Below, in pieces: positions 49,741 through 59,352 of a DNA stretch of 64,000 nt. Position 1 is the stretch's first letter, and each line of letters opens with the position of its first letter. This DNA is from an uncultured Thermomicrobiales bacterium (GTDB lineage Bacteria > Chloroflexota > Chloroflexia > Thermomicrobiales > UBA6265). A program made the position numbers and the translations under genes. Location: positions 17,660-81,659 of the forward strand of contig CADCWE010000087.1 of assembly GCA_902806325.1 (NCBI GenBank), written 5' to 3'. The notes beneath the pieces were generated by a model. The model had not been told where the DNA came from and searched no databases. It saw nothing but the letters and a program-made list of their open reading frames with translations.

Positions 49741-50916
49741 GTGATCCACTGCCGGCATTGCGGCACCACCAACGATCTGGCCCGGTCCACCTGCCGGGCC
49801 TGCGGCGGGACCCTTGCGGTCGAACGCGGCACGCGGCCGTGCCCCGCCTGCCAGGAGCTGACCGGCGATGGCACCGCCTTCTGTCACGCCTGCGGCGCGG
49901 TGGTGCTCGGCGCGGCCGATGCGCTCCACGACGAAAGCATCGGGATCCCGGGCTGGGCGGCCGCCGATCCATTGACGAACGGCAACGCCGAGGCGGCGCC
50001 GGGCGCGACGGTGGACGCCGACCCGCTCGGGATCGGTGATGACCTGGAGCTGCCGGACTGGCTCCTCCGGGCGGCGAACGAGACGCCGCCCGCCACAACC
50101 GGAACGGCGCCCACGACGACCGCGACGGGCTCCGATGTCGCCTTCGATCTTGGCCCCGGCTTCGTGGTCGCTGGGCGACAGCCGGAGCCGGCGTCGCCGG
50201 TCGATCGCGCACCGAGCTTCGACCCGGGCGACGATTTGGTGGTGGAGCCGGCGATGATCGCGACGCCGCTCGCTCCGCCGCGCCCGATACCGCTCGGCAA
50301 TCTTGCCGAGGCGATGCCGAGCTGGCTGCGGGCGGCGCCCGAGCCGGTCGCCGAGGATCTCGTGGTGGAGCCCGTGGTCGCCACCGACCCGCCGGGGGAC
50401 CCGACCAATACCCAGAGCTTTATCGGCGAAAGCGACCTGCCGGAATGGCTGCGCCAGCTCGCGACCGCCGCCGCGGCCAAGGCGGCGGCGGAGCGGGTCG
50501 CGGCGGACGATGTCCGGGCGGCGGCCACCGCACCGGAAGCCGTCCAACCGGCGCACGCCGCCGTGCTGGCCCAGTCCGACCGGACGGCCACCGCGGCGAC
50601 GGGCGGGTGGCTTTCCCGCGCCGCGACCGCACCGACGCCGGACGGGATCGCGGGCGCGGGACCGAGCGGTGGACCGGGCGCGTCGCGGGGGTCCGCCTTC
50701 GCCGAGGTGGTGGCGCGCGATGCCGCGCCGTCGAATCACGTCCCGGCTGGCGGGCGCGCCGGGACCGCGTCGGCGAAACGGGAGAGCACACCGGCCGCGA
50801 CACGACGGGCGATGCCGGACCGACGGGTGCTGTTGGCCCTGGTCGCGGTCGCGGTCGCGGTCGCGGTCGCGGCCGTGGTGGTGGTCCTCTTGGTCTTGAC
50901 GGGAGCGTTCGGATAG
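49741..50916 (+). CDS. double zinc-ribbon protein with P-x-W-L repeats and a C-terminal TM helix
   Basis: GTG at 49741 follows GGAGG. There are four CxxC pairs (CRHC, CRAC, CPAC, CHAC). The motif is repeated as LPDWLLRA, MPSWLRAA and LPEWLRQL. The C-terminal TM is LLALVAVAVAVAVAAVVVVLLVL. The start is uncertain. Confidence 0.6.
   Translation: MIHCRHCGTTNDLARSTCRACGGTLAVERGTRPCPACQELTGDGTAFCHACGAVVLGAADALHDESIGIPGWAAADPLTNGNAEAAPGATVDADPLGIGDDLELPDWLLRAANETPPATTGTAPTTTATGSDVAFDLGPGFVVAGRQPEPASPVDRAPSFDPGDDLVVEPAMIATPLAPPRPIPLGNLAEAMPSWLRAAPEPVAEDLVVEPVVATDPPGDPTNTQSFIGESDLPEWLRQLATAAAAKAAAERVAADDVRAAATAPEAVQPAHAAVLAQSDRTATAATGGWLSRAATAPTPDGIAGAGPSGGPGASRGSAFAEVVARDAAPSNHVPAGGRAGTASAKRESTPAATRRAMPDRRVLLALVAVAVAVAVAAVVVVLLVLTGAFG
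50841..50870 (+). repeat. perfect hexanucleotide microsatellite (GGTCGC)x5
   Basis: Five perfect tandem GGTCGC copies encode (VA)n in the TM helix of the zinc-ribbon protein. Confidence 0.85.
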
Positions 50917-50972
50917 GCCGTCACCGGCGATCCCGGTCCGCGTGGACCGGCCTTCGACGGTGACGGGCAACG

Positions 50973-51400
50973 ATGGCAGAGGCGGGCATGGCGCACGGCG
51001 AAGGGGTATCCGTGGAATCGCTCGTCGTCGCGGATCTTGGGCGGGGATCCTCGCGGGCGTTTCTGCTGGAGTAGGTCGGCGGGGTGCTCCGGTTCGTCGC
51101 CAAGGCCGAGGGGCCGACGACCGCCACCGCGCCCGTCTCCGACGTGACCGTCGGTTGGCACGCCCTGCCCAAGCAGTTGGACTGGGACAGCGGGCGCCGG
51201 TTGACGTCGCGCGACGGTTTGCTGGTGCCGCAGCAGGAGCGCGGCGACGGCGTCGATGGGATGCTCGTCTGCGCGACCCTCGGCGAACCGATCCGGGTCG
51301 CCGTGTTGGAATCGTTGGCGACCGCGATCGGCGTGGCCGAGGTCGAGGCGGCGAAGCGATCCGACGCCCGGGTTGTCCAATTGGCGGCTCCGCAAGGCCG
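50973..51400 (+). pseudogene. remnant of a GlmL/MutL (glutamate mutase L)-like gene: about 140 N-terminal codons only, with an in-frame TAG
   Basis: The frame-3 reading is MAEAGMAHGEGVSVESLVVADLGRGSSRAFLLE, then TAG (51072-51074), then VGGVLRFVAKAEGPTTATAPVSDVTVGWHALPKQLDWDSGRRL..GVDGMLVCATLGEPIRVAV. This follows the N-terminal pattern of GlmL-like ATPase-fold proteins, which are normally several hundred residues longer. Similarity fades after about 51400. The 3' limit is approximate. Confidence 0.45.
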
Positions 51401-51519
51401 CAAAGACACCGGCTGGGCGCGGTGCTCGCGGTCAGCGTCGAGGTCATTGCATCGAACGGGTTCGAGCGATTGTGGTGTTTGGGCTTGCGGGGGGACGTGG
51501 GCGCGGGGGCAGATGGCGC

Positions 51520-51665
51520 GGGGCCGAAGGCCCGTGCTGAACCAACGAAGTGAGAACGGAACGGTCTTCGGATCTTCTATCGTTGTCGCTGCGGTTGCCA
51601 ACGGGACCAATGCTCCCGTTCTTTCCCGGTGGAGCTCTGTCGGTTCAGCACGGGCCTTCGGCCCC
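51520..51665. repeat. 146-bp element bounded by perfect 24-bp inverted repeats (MITE/REP-like element or structured RNA)
   Basis: GGGGCCGAAGGCCCGTGCTGAACC (51520-51543) is the exact reverse complement of GGTTCAGCACGGGCCTTCGGCCCC (51642-51665). The spacer is 98 nt and contains a nested 7-bp pair: AGAACGG (51553-51559) with CCGTTCT (51616-51622). Each arm also contains its own GGGCC-N3-GGCCC hairpin. Confidence 0.8.
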
Positions 51666-51794
51666 AGGATTAAACCCGCGGGAGGCCCCCCAAGCGGTGG
51701 CGGTCGGGTCGCGGCCTCGGGTACAGTAGGGGCCTCGGTTGCGACGAATCGCCCCCGGCCCGTTCCTGGCCGTTCGTGGGGTCAGGAGCCAGGC

Positions 51795-53156
51795 ATGAGC
51801 GCCATCTGCATCGTCGGCGGCAGCGGCTACGTCGGGTTGGGCTACGCCACGGCGTTGGCCGAACTCGGGCACGAGGTCGTGGCGCTGGATGTCGCCGCCG
51901 ACCGCGTCGCGGCCTTGAACGAGGGCCACAGCCCGATCTTCGAGCCGGGGTTGGAAGAACTCCTCCGCCGCGGCTTGGGCTCCGGCCGGCTACGCTTCAC
52001 GACCGACGCCGACGACGCGATCCCCGGCCGCGCCTTCGTCTTTCTCTGCGTCGGCACCCCGGCCTTGTCCAACGGCGAGACCGACATGCGCCAGGTGCGA
52101 TCGGCGGCGATCACCATCGGCCAGCGGCTGCGCCCGAACCAGCGAACCATCGTCGTCAACAAGAGCACGATGCCGATCGGGTCGGCCGACCTGGTGACCC
52201 AGCTCTTGGCCGAGCACGTGCGGGACGGCGCCGAGGTGGCCGTGGTCGCCAATCCCGAATTCCTGCGCGAAGGCGCCGCGCTGCACGACATCTTCCACCC
52301 CGACCGGATCGTGCTCGGCGCCAGCGATCGGCAGGCGGCCGAAGCCGTCGCCGCGCTCTATGCCCCGCTCGGCGCCCCCGTCTTGATCACCGACCGGCGC
52401 TCGGCGGAGATGGTCAAGTACGCCGCCAACGCCTTTTTGGCGACCAAGATCTCGTTCATCAACGAGGTCGCTCAGGTCTGCGAGGCGCTGGGCGCCGACG
52501 TGCTTACCGTGGCCGAAGGCATCGGCGCCGACCCCCGGATCGGCCCGCGCTTCCTCCAGGCCGGGCTTGGCTTCGGCGGCTCCTGTTTCCCGAAGGACGT
52601 CGGCGCGTTGGCCCACATGGCCGACGCGGCCGGGTTGCACCCGCAGTTGCTGCGGGCGGTGCTCGACATCAACCTGGATCTGCGGCGGCGCTTCGTCGCC
52701 AAGGCAGAACGCTCGCTGGACGGCCTCGATGGGAGGACGATCGCGGTCTGGGGGTTGGCGTTCAAAGAGGACACCGACGACCTGCGTGAATCGCCGGCGT
52801 TGGACGTGATCGGCGGGCTCCTCGAACGGGGTGCCGTGGTCCGCGCCTACGACCCGGCGGCGATGGCGAAGGCGGCGCGACTGATGCCGGCGGTGACGAT
52901 GGCCGCCGACCCCTACGCCGCCGCGGGCGGAGCGGACGCTATTCTGATCGTCACCCCGTGGAAGGAGTTCGCCGGGGTAGACTTCGGACGGATCGCCGGG
53001 GTCATGCGCGGCGATCTGATCCTCGACGGCCGGAATCTGCTCGACCCAGAAGCGGTCACCGGAGCGGGGTTGCGCTACGCGGGGGTCGGTCGTGGGCGCA
53101 CCGGGGCCGTGCCCTCGGCGATCTTATCCGGTGCTCCGGTGGTGTCGCGCGATTGA
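51795..53156 (+). CDS. ugd: UDP-glucose 6-dehydrogenase
   Basis: ATG at 51795 follows AGGAG and is codon 238 of the listed ORF. The NAD fold is IVGGSGYVGLG. The catalytic Cys is GFGGSCFPKD, followed by AFKEDTDDLRESPA. Confidence 0.9.
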   Translation: MSAICIVGGSGYVGLGYATALAELGHEVVALDVAADRVAALNEGHSPIFEPGLEELLRRGLGSGRLRFTTDADDAIPGRAFVFLCVGTPALSNGETDMRQVRSAAITIGQRLRPNQRTIVVNKSTMPIGSADLVTQLLAEHVRDGAEVAVVANPEFLREGAALHDIFHPDRIVLGASDRQAAEAVAALYAPLGAPVLITDRRSAEMVKYAANAFLATKISFINEVAQVCEALGADVLTVAEGIGADPRIGPRFLQAGLGFGGSCFPKDVGALAHMADAAGLHPQLLRAVLDINLDLRRRFVAKAERSLDGLDGRTIAVWGLAFKEDTDDLRESPALDVIGGLLERGAVVRAYDPAAMAKAARLMPAVTMAADPYAAAGGADAILIVTPWKEFAGVDFGRIAGVMRGDLILDGRNLLDPEAVTGAGLRYAGVGRGRTGAVPSAILSGAPVVSRD

Positions 53157-53178
53157 TCCCGCGGCGAAGGGGAGACCG

Positions 53179-54147
53179 ATGCACAGCTTGGTCAGCGGGG
53201 GCGCCGGGTTCATCGGCAGCCACCTCGTCGACGCGCTGCTGGACGCCGGTGACCGCGTCACGGTGCTCGACAACATGGTGACCGGTAAGGTCGGCAACCT
53301 TGCCCACCGGATCGGGGACGGCGCGCTGACCGTTGTCGAGGCGGACATCGTCGCCCCGTTGCCGCGCCTCCCGGAACCGGTCGATCGGGTTTACCACCTG
53401 GCCAGCCCGGCCAGCCCGGTGGACTACGGTCGTCACCCGGTCGCGACGCTGATGGTCAACTCCGAGGGCACCCGCCGGTTGCTCGATCTGGCCGAACGCG
53501 ACGGTGCGCGCTTCTTGCTCGCCTCGACTTCCGAGGTCTACGGCGATCCCCAGGTCCACCCGCAGCCGGAAACGTACTGGGGCAACGTTAACCCGGTCGG
53601 ACCCCGCTCCTGCTACGACGAGGGCAAACGGTTCGCCGAAAGTTTGACCGTTTGGCGGGGGCGCGGCGGTCGACCGGACGTCCGCCTCGCCCGCATCTTC
53701 AACACCTACGGACCCCGCTCCAACCCCGGCGACGGTCGAGTGGTGCCCAACTTCTGCGTTCAGGCGCTGGCCGGCGACCCGTTGACGATCTACGGCGACG
53801 GACGCCAGACGCGCTCGCTCTGTTACGTCGACGACCTGGTGCGTGGGCTCGTGCTGCTGATGGAGACCGACGGCTTGGCCGGCGCGGTGGTCAATCTGGG
53901 CAGCGCCCAGGAAGTGACCGTCGCCGATCTGGCAAAGCGGATCGCGGCGGTGGCCGGGACGCCGGCGCGGGTGATCTATCAACCGCTGCCCGAGGAGGAT
54001 CCGACCCGGCGTTGCCCGGACATCGCCAAGGCCGAACGGCTGCTGGGGTGGCAACCGACGGTGGAACTGGACGACGGGCTGGAGCGGACGCTCGCCTTCT
54101 TCCGCCTTGAGTTGGCGGGTCTGGCCACGGCGGTCCCCGCCTGGTAG
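53179..54147 (+). CDS. UDP-glucuronate decarboxylase (UDP-xylose synthase-like SDR)
   Basis: ATG at 53179 follows AAGGGGAG. The motifs are GGAGFIGSHL, STSEVYGDP, the YxxxK motif YDEGKR, and ARIFNTYGP. Confidence 0.8.
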   Translation: MHSLVSGGAGFIGSHLVDALLDAGDRVTVLDNMVTGKVGNLAHRIGDGALTVVEADIVAPLPRLPEPVDRVYHLASPASPVDYGRHPVATLMVNSEGTRRLLDLAERDGARFLLASTSEVYGDPQVHPQPETYWGNVNPVGPRSCYDEGKRFAESLTVWRGRGGRPDVRLARIFNTYGPRSNPGDGRVVPNFCVQALAGDPLTIYGDGRQTRSLCYVDDLVRGLVLLMETDGLAGAVVNLGSAQEVTVADLAKRIAAVAGTPARVIYQPLPEEDPTRRCPDIAKAERLLGWQPTVELDDGLERTLAFFRLELAGLATAVPAW

Positions 54148-54174
54148 GATCGCATCGGCCCGGTGACGCGAGGG

Positions 54175-54197
54175 CACCGTTCGTGTGCCGAACGGTG
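54175..54197 (+). terminator. hairpin downstream of the decarboxylase gene
   Basis: CACCGTTCG (54175-54183) pairs with CGAACGGTG (54189-54197) around a 5-nt loop. It lies 28 nt after the TAG stop and has no U-tract. Confidence 0.3.
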
Positions 54198-54251
54198 GCC
54201 ACGGCGGGGTGGCCAACGATGTCACGGAAAACGACGCGAAAGGACGGGCAA

Positions 54252-55319
54252 ATGCGAACCCGGAGGGTCGGGCGACTCGCGGCGGTGCCGGTCGTGCTGA
54301 CGATGGTGCTGGCCGGGGCGCCGGGGTTCGGCGCGCCCCGTCCGGTGGCCGCGGCGTCGCGCTCCGTCCAGGCCTGGGTCGAGATCGGCAGCACCGCGCC
54401 CGCGGTCGGTTGCCTGGTCGACGTCAGCGTCGAGGTCCGCGAGGCGGGCAACGTGGTGCCCGGCACCGAGGCGTTGGTCGCGCTGGCGGTCGGCGGCGAC
54501 ATCTACGCCCTGGACCGTGCCATCACCGACGAGAGCGGGGTCGCGTTTCTGGCCCTGGATACCAGCGCCGCCGCGGAGGGCGGCGCCTGGCTGGATGTCG
54601 TCCTGGGCGGCGTCTACGTCGGCGGGATGCGGGTCTCGTTGACCGACGACGGGGCGTGCGGCGGCGCCAGCGCGATGGTCGCCGTCAACGGCACCGTGCC
54701 CGTCGTCGAGGCTGCCGTCTCGGCGACCATCGACGACGCTTCCGGCGAATCCGGAACGGAGACCGGCGCCGGGATGGTTCTCGGCGTGCCGACCTACGTC
54801 CAAGAGCGCAACCTGAGTTGCGAGTTCGCCGCCCTCTCGATCGCCACCGGCGCCCTCGGCGGCTGGATCTCGGAGTACGCCTTCGACGACGTGGTCGGCG
54901 AGTCAGACAACCCGCACTGGGGATTCCGCGGCGACATCCTCGGTTCCTGGGGAAACACGGACGACTACGGCGTCTACGCCGAGGCCCTGGCCCCGGCCCT
55001 CGCCGCCTACGGCTACGCCGGCGAAGTCTTTTACGGCGGAGACAACCCCTCCGCCCTGACCTCGCGCCTCGACCGTGGTCTGCCGACGCTGGTCTGGCTC
55101 GGGTACTGGGGCGACACCAGCTACATCGACTACACCGCCGATGGGACGGCCTTCGCGTTGGCGGCGGGCGAACACGTCGTTGTCGCCTACGGCTACGACG
55201 CGGGCGGGGTCTACGTTTCCGACCCGGCGATCGGCGACTATCGCTACTTCACCTGGGACCACTTCCTTTCGATGTGGAACGTGCTCGACGGCATGAGCCT
55301 CGCCGTCGGCAGGGCGTGA
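54252..55319 (+). CDS. secreted peptidase_C39-like (papain-fold) protein
   Basis: ATG at 54252 is codon 24 of the listed ORF. The signal peptide is RLAAVPVVLTMVLAGAPGFG. An Ig-like N-domain comes first. The C39-like core follows, with a candidate catalytic Cys in YVQERNLSCEFAALSIA and a His in AAGEHVVVAYGYD. Confidence 0.65.
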   Translation: MRTRRVGRLAAVPVVLTMVLAGAPGFGAPRPVAAASRSVQAWVEIGSTAPAVGCLVDVSVEVREAGNVVPGTEALVALAVGGDIYALDRAITDESGVAFLALDTSAAAEGGAWLDVVLGGVYVGGMRVSLTDDGACGGASAMVAVNGTVPVVEAAVSATIDDASGESGTETGAGMVLGVPTYVQERNLSCEFAALSIATGALGGWISEYAFDDVVGESDNPHWGFRGDILGSWGNTDDYGVYAEALAPALAAYGYAGEVFYGGDNPSALTSRLDRGLPTLVWLGYWGDTSYIDYTADGTAFALAAGEHVVVAYGYDAGGVYVSDPAIGDYRYFTWDHFLSMWNVLDGMSLAVGRA

Positions 55320-55355
55320 GGCACACCGGTTCGATTCGCCGCGCTCGACCTTGGG

Positions 55356-55385
55356 AGGCCGGCGGAGACCCGCCGGCCTTTGCCG
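55356..55385 (+). terminator. rho-independent terminator
   Basis: A 10-bp perfect stem pairs AGGCCGGCGG (55356-55365) with CCGCCGGCCT (55370-55379) around a 4-nt loop. It is followed by TTTGCCGTTT. It lies 37 nt after the peptidase stop. Confidence 0.6.
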
Positions 55386-55422
55386 TTTCGCCCGATCCGC
55401 GGCGGAAAGGGACCCGACACCG

Positions 55423-56646
<1,224 letters not shown>

Positions 56647-56661
56647 TCGCCTCGCTCGGAA

Positions 56662-57291
56662 ATGCGTCCGATGGGTGACCCATTTGCGGCGCTCGCCGAG
56701 TGGGTAATCGGGATCGTCGAGTCCGGCGGCTATCCCGGCGTCTTTTTCTTGATCGCCCTGGAGGAGCTGTTCCCGCCGATCCCATCCGAACTGATTCTGC
56801 CCCTCGCCGGATTCTTGGCCGGTCAAGGCAGGTTCGGGTTCGTCGGCGTCCTGGTCTCGGCGACGGCCGGTTCGACCACCGGCGCCCTCGTCCTCTACGG
56901 CGGCGCCCGGACCCTGGGCGAGGCGCGGGTCCGGCAGGTGGTCGAGCGCCACGGCCGGTTCGTGCTGCTGCGCGGCGAGGACGTCGACCGCGCCCACGGG
57001 TGGTTCGATCGCCACGGCCAGATGGCGGTCGTGCTTGGGCGGTGCGTTCCCGTGGTGCGGAGCTTGGTCGCCATCCCGGCCGGGTTGGAGCCGATGCCGG
57101 TCGCGCGGTTCGTCGCCTCGACCGTGGCCGGCAGCCTGATCTGGAACGGTTTCCTGATCGGTCTCGGCTGGTGGCTCGGCGACCGGTGGACGGTGGTCCA
57201 AGATTACGGCCGGTACCTGGAGATCGCGGCGCTGGCGGCGGTGGCGCTGACGGTTGGGCGGTGGATCCGCAAGCGGAAAGGGCGATCGTGA
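56662..57291 (+). CDS. DedA-family membrane protein
   Basis: The sequence is FLIALEELFPPIPSELILPLAGFLAG..GRCVPVVRSLVAIPAG, the typical DedA/SNARE-associated pattern. Confidence 0.85.
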   Translation: MRPMGDPFAALAEWVIGIVESGGYPGVFFLIALEELFPPIPSELILPLAGFLAGQGRFGFVGVLVSATAGSTTGALVLYGGARTLGEARVRQVVERHGRFVLLRGEDVDRAHGWFDRHGQMAVVLGRCVPVVRSLVAIPAGLEPMPVARFVASTVAGSLIWNGFLIGLGWWLGDRWTVVQDYGRYLEIAALAAVALTVGRWIRKRKGRS

Positions 57292-57293
57292 CG

Positions 57294-57905
57294 ATGGGCC
57301 GATGGGGTGTGCTGTTGGCGTCGCTGGCGGTCCTGCTCCAGCCATTGGCGGTCGCCGCCGGCACGTCCGACGGGATGCCGGTCACGCCGGCCGCCGGAGA
57401 ATGCCGGGTCCGGCCGAAATCGTTGATCGCCATCCGCCGCCTGCTCGAGCCGGGGGTGCCCGGCACGCCATTGCCCGATCTTCCGGCGGCGCTGGCGACC
57501 GAGGCCGATCTGCCGCGAAGCCGGAAAGCCGACGCCGAAACGTTGGCCGCCCTGACCGCCGCCGCGCGGCAAATCACCGCCTGCCGCAACGCGGGCGATG
57601 CCCGGCGCTTCCTCGCCTTGACGACCGACGGCTACCTCCGCCGCTCCGTCGCCGATTTGTCCGCCGACGAGCTGACCGCGTTCCTGACCGCCCTCGCCGC
57701 GCCACCGGCGCCCCGCCCCGAGTCCGAGTGGACGACGCTCGTCGCCGTCCGCGACGCCCGGATTATGGGCCAGGACCGGGTCGGTGCCGTGGTCGAAACC
57801 GACGACCCGACCGACCCCGACGGCGACCACCCCGCGTTCGCGATCTTCGTCCAGGAACGGGATCGGTGGCTGCTCGACGCGACGATCGAGATTATCGGTT
57901 CGTAG
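57294..57905 (+). CDS. hypothetical secreted protein
   Basis: ATG at 57294 is the chosen start; the GTG at 57288 overlaps the dedA stop as GTGA. The signal peptide is WGVLLASLAVLLQPLAVAAG. No family recognised. Confidence 0.55.
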   Translation: MGRWGVLLASLAVLLQPLAVAAGTSDGMPVTPAAGECRVRPKSLIAIRRLLEPGVPGTPLPDLPAALATEADLPRSRKADAETLAALTAAARQITACRNAGDARRFLALTTDGYLRRSVADLSADELTAFLTALAAPPAPRPESEWTTLVAVRDARIMGQDRVGAVVETDDPTDPDGDHPAFAIFVQERDRWLLDATIEIIGS

Positions 57906-57914
57906 GTCGCGCCC

Positions 57915-58613
57915 CTAAACGCGCGCGGCGTCGGCCACGTATCGCCCCAGCTGCTCCGCATCCAACGGCCCCAGGTGGACGGCGGCGACGATCCCGTCGG
58001 GGCGGACGAAGACGGTGGTCGGGTAGTTCGGGGCGATACCGAAGGCGCGCTCGACGGGCCCGTGGAGGGGGTCGGCGTCGCCGGTGTCGCGGCCGATCGG
58101 GTAGGTCAGCCCGAGCTCGCGGACGAAGTCGGCCACCGGTTGATCGCCGTCGGCGAAGCGGACGCCGACGCCGACCACGGCGACCGGCACCGTCTCCCCC
58201 CGATCGGTCTCGTGGAGGGATTGCAGGGCCGGTGCCTCGTCCTTGCAGGGCGCGCACCAGGACGCCCAGAAGTTGACGACGACGACCGAACCGCGCCGAT
58301 CCGCCAGGCGCCAGGGCGTGCCGTCGAGCAACGTCAGCGCCACGTCCGGGGCCGGTTTGCCGACCAGGGCGGCCGGTTTGGCGTCTTCTGCCGGATCGCC
58401 GGTGCCGCGCTGGCGGATGCCGATCGCCAGCAGACCGATCACCAGGAGGGCGGCCAGGGCAAGCGGCGTGAAGCGGCCGTAGCGGCCGTAACCGATCCGG
58501 CCGTGGTCGTCCTCGCCCGGGTCGATGGCCTGCGACGGCGGGGCGTGGGACGGACGATCGAGCGGCGCGACGGGCTCTTCCTCGGTGGTCGGACGGCGCG
58601 ACGGGTTGGCCAC
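57915..58613 (-). CDS. TlpA/ResA-like membrane-anchored thiol-disulfide oxidoreductase
   Basis: The TM anchor is [16 protein letters not shown]. The thioredoxin active site is [18 protein letters not shown] start. Confidence 0.85.
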   Translation of the reverse strand: MANPSRRPTTEEEPVAPLDRPSHAPPSQAIDPGEDDHGRIGYGRYGRFTPLALAALLVIGLLAIGIRQRGTGDPAEDAKPAALVGKPAPDVALTLLDGTPWRLADRRGSVVVVNFWASWCAPCKDEAPALQSLHETDRGETVPVAVVGVGVRFADGDQPVADFVRELGLTYPIGRDTGDADPLHGPVERAFGIAPNYPTTVFVRPDGIVAAVHLGPLDAEQLGRYVADAARV

Positions 58614-58616
58614 CGG

Positions 58617-59195
58617 TTAGGACAGCGCCGCGACCGCGGCGTCGGCCTTGGCGATCGCGTCGGCGGTGGCGCCGTCGAGCACCAGGAGGACGTTGCTGCC
58701 GGCGGCGAAGTGGGCCTTGGTCGGGTCGGCGACGACCGGCGTGCCGCGGGTGGTGAGGAGCGAGAACGCGTCTTGGTCCAGGGCACCGACCTCGTCTTCG
58801 CGGGCCGCGATGCTGGGAAAGACGAAGACGTAGCCGCGGGCGTCGCCGACGGTCAGCGCCTGGCCCGGCGGGCTGAGGTCGGGCGACTTGCCGTTCTGGC
58901 GAGCGATGTCGACCGTCAGGCCCTCGGCGCGGAGGGCCTCGATGACGTCGATCAGCTCGTTGTCGCCGGCCTGGGCCGTCGGGCGGGGGGGGCGTTCGGG
59001 AATGTCGGGTTGGCGCTGCTCCTGGACGTAGAGGTAGGCGATCGTCACCAACACCGCGGCGCAGGCGAGGAAAAACACGGACGAGAGCAGGCTGTTGCGC
59101 CGTTGCCGTCGTCGTCGCCGCTCGTCGTCCACTGGCCCCCGTCCGTCGTCGCGCCCAATGCCGGGGGGCGGAGCGTCCTTGCCACCCGGCGCCAT
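58617..59195 (-). CDS. hypothetical membrane-anchored protein
   Basis: ATG at 59193-59195 gives the last 192 codons of the listed ORF. It has a basic N-tail, one TM segment (LLSSVFFLACAAVLVTIAYLYV) and a soluble domain. Its stop lies 3 nt before the TlpA-like start. Confidence 0.55.
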   Translation of the reverse strand: MAPGGKDAPPPGIGRDDGRGPVDDERRRRRQRRNSLLSSVFFLACAAVLVTIAYLYVQEQRQPDIPERPPRPTAQAGDNELIDVIEALRAEGLTVDIARQNGKSPDLSPPGQALTVGDARGYVFVFPSIAAREDEVGALDQDAFSLLTTRGTPVVADPTKAHFAAGSNVLLVLDGATADAIAKADAAVAALS

Positions 59196-59255
59196 CTTGG
59201 CCTGGGGGATGGTACGCGTTCCGGGGCCGAACGAAAAGGCGAGGGCGAGGGTTAT

Positions 59256-59285
59256 CCCCCTTTCCCCCGGCCGGGGGAAAGGGGG
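59256..59285. repeat. perfect 30-bp palindrome in a divergent intergenic region
   Basis: CCCCCTTTCCCCCGG|CCGGGGGAAAGGGGG is exactly self-complementary with no loop. It is followed by further G5/G3 runs up to about 59310. Confidence 0.85.
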
Positions 59286-59352
59286 TTGGGGGCGGCGAGG
59301 AGGGCGGGGGTCGTCGCCCGGGTGGGGCGTGTGCGACCATTGGTTGGAGGAG

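Noticed and set aside
51084-51794. N-terminal 237 codons fused to ugd in the listed 690-aa ORF
   Set aside because: ugd has its own AGGAG-ATG at 51795 and a canonical N-terminal NAD fold immediately after it. The upstream stretch is the GlmL-like remnant plus the inverted-repeat element.
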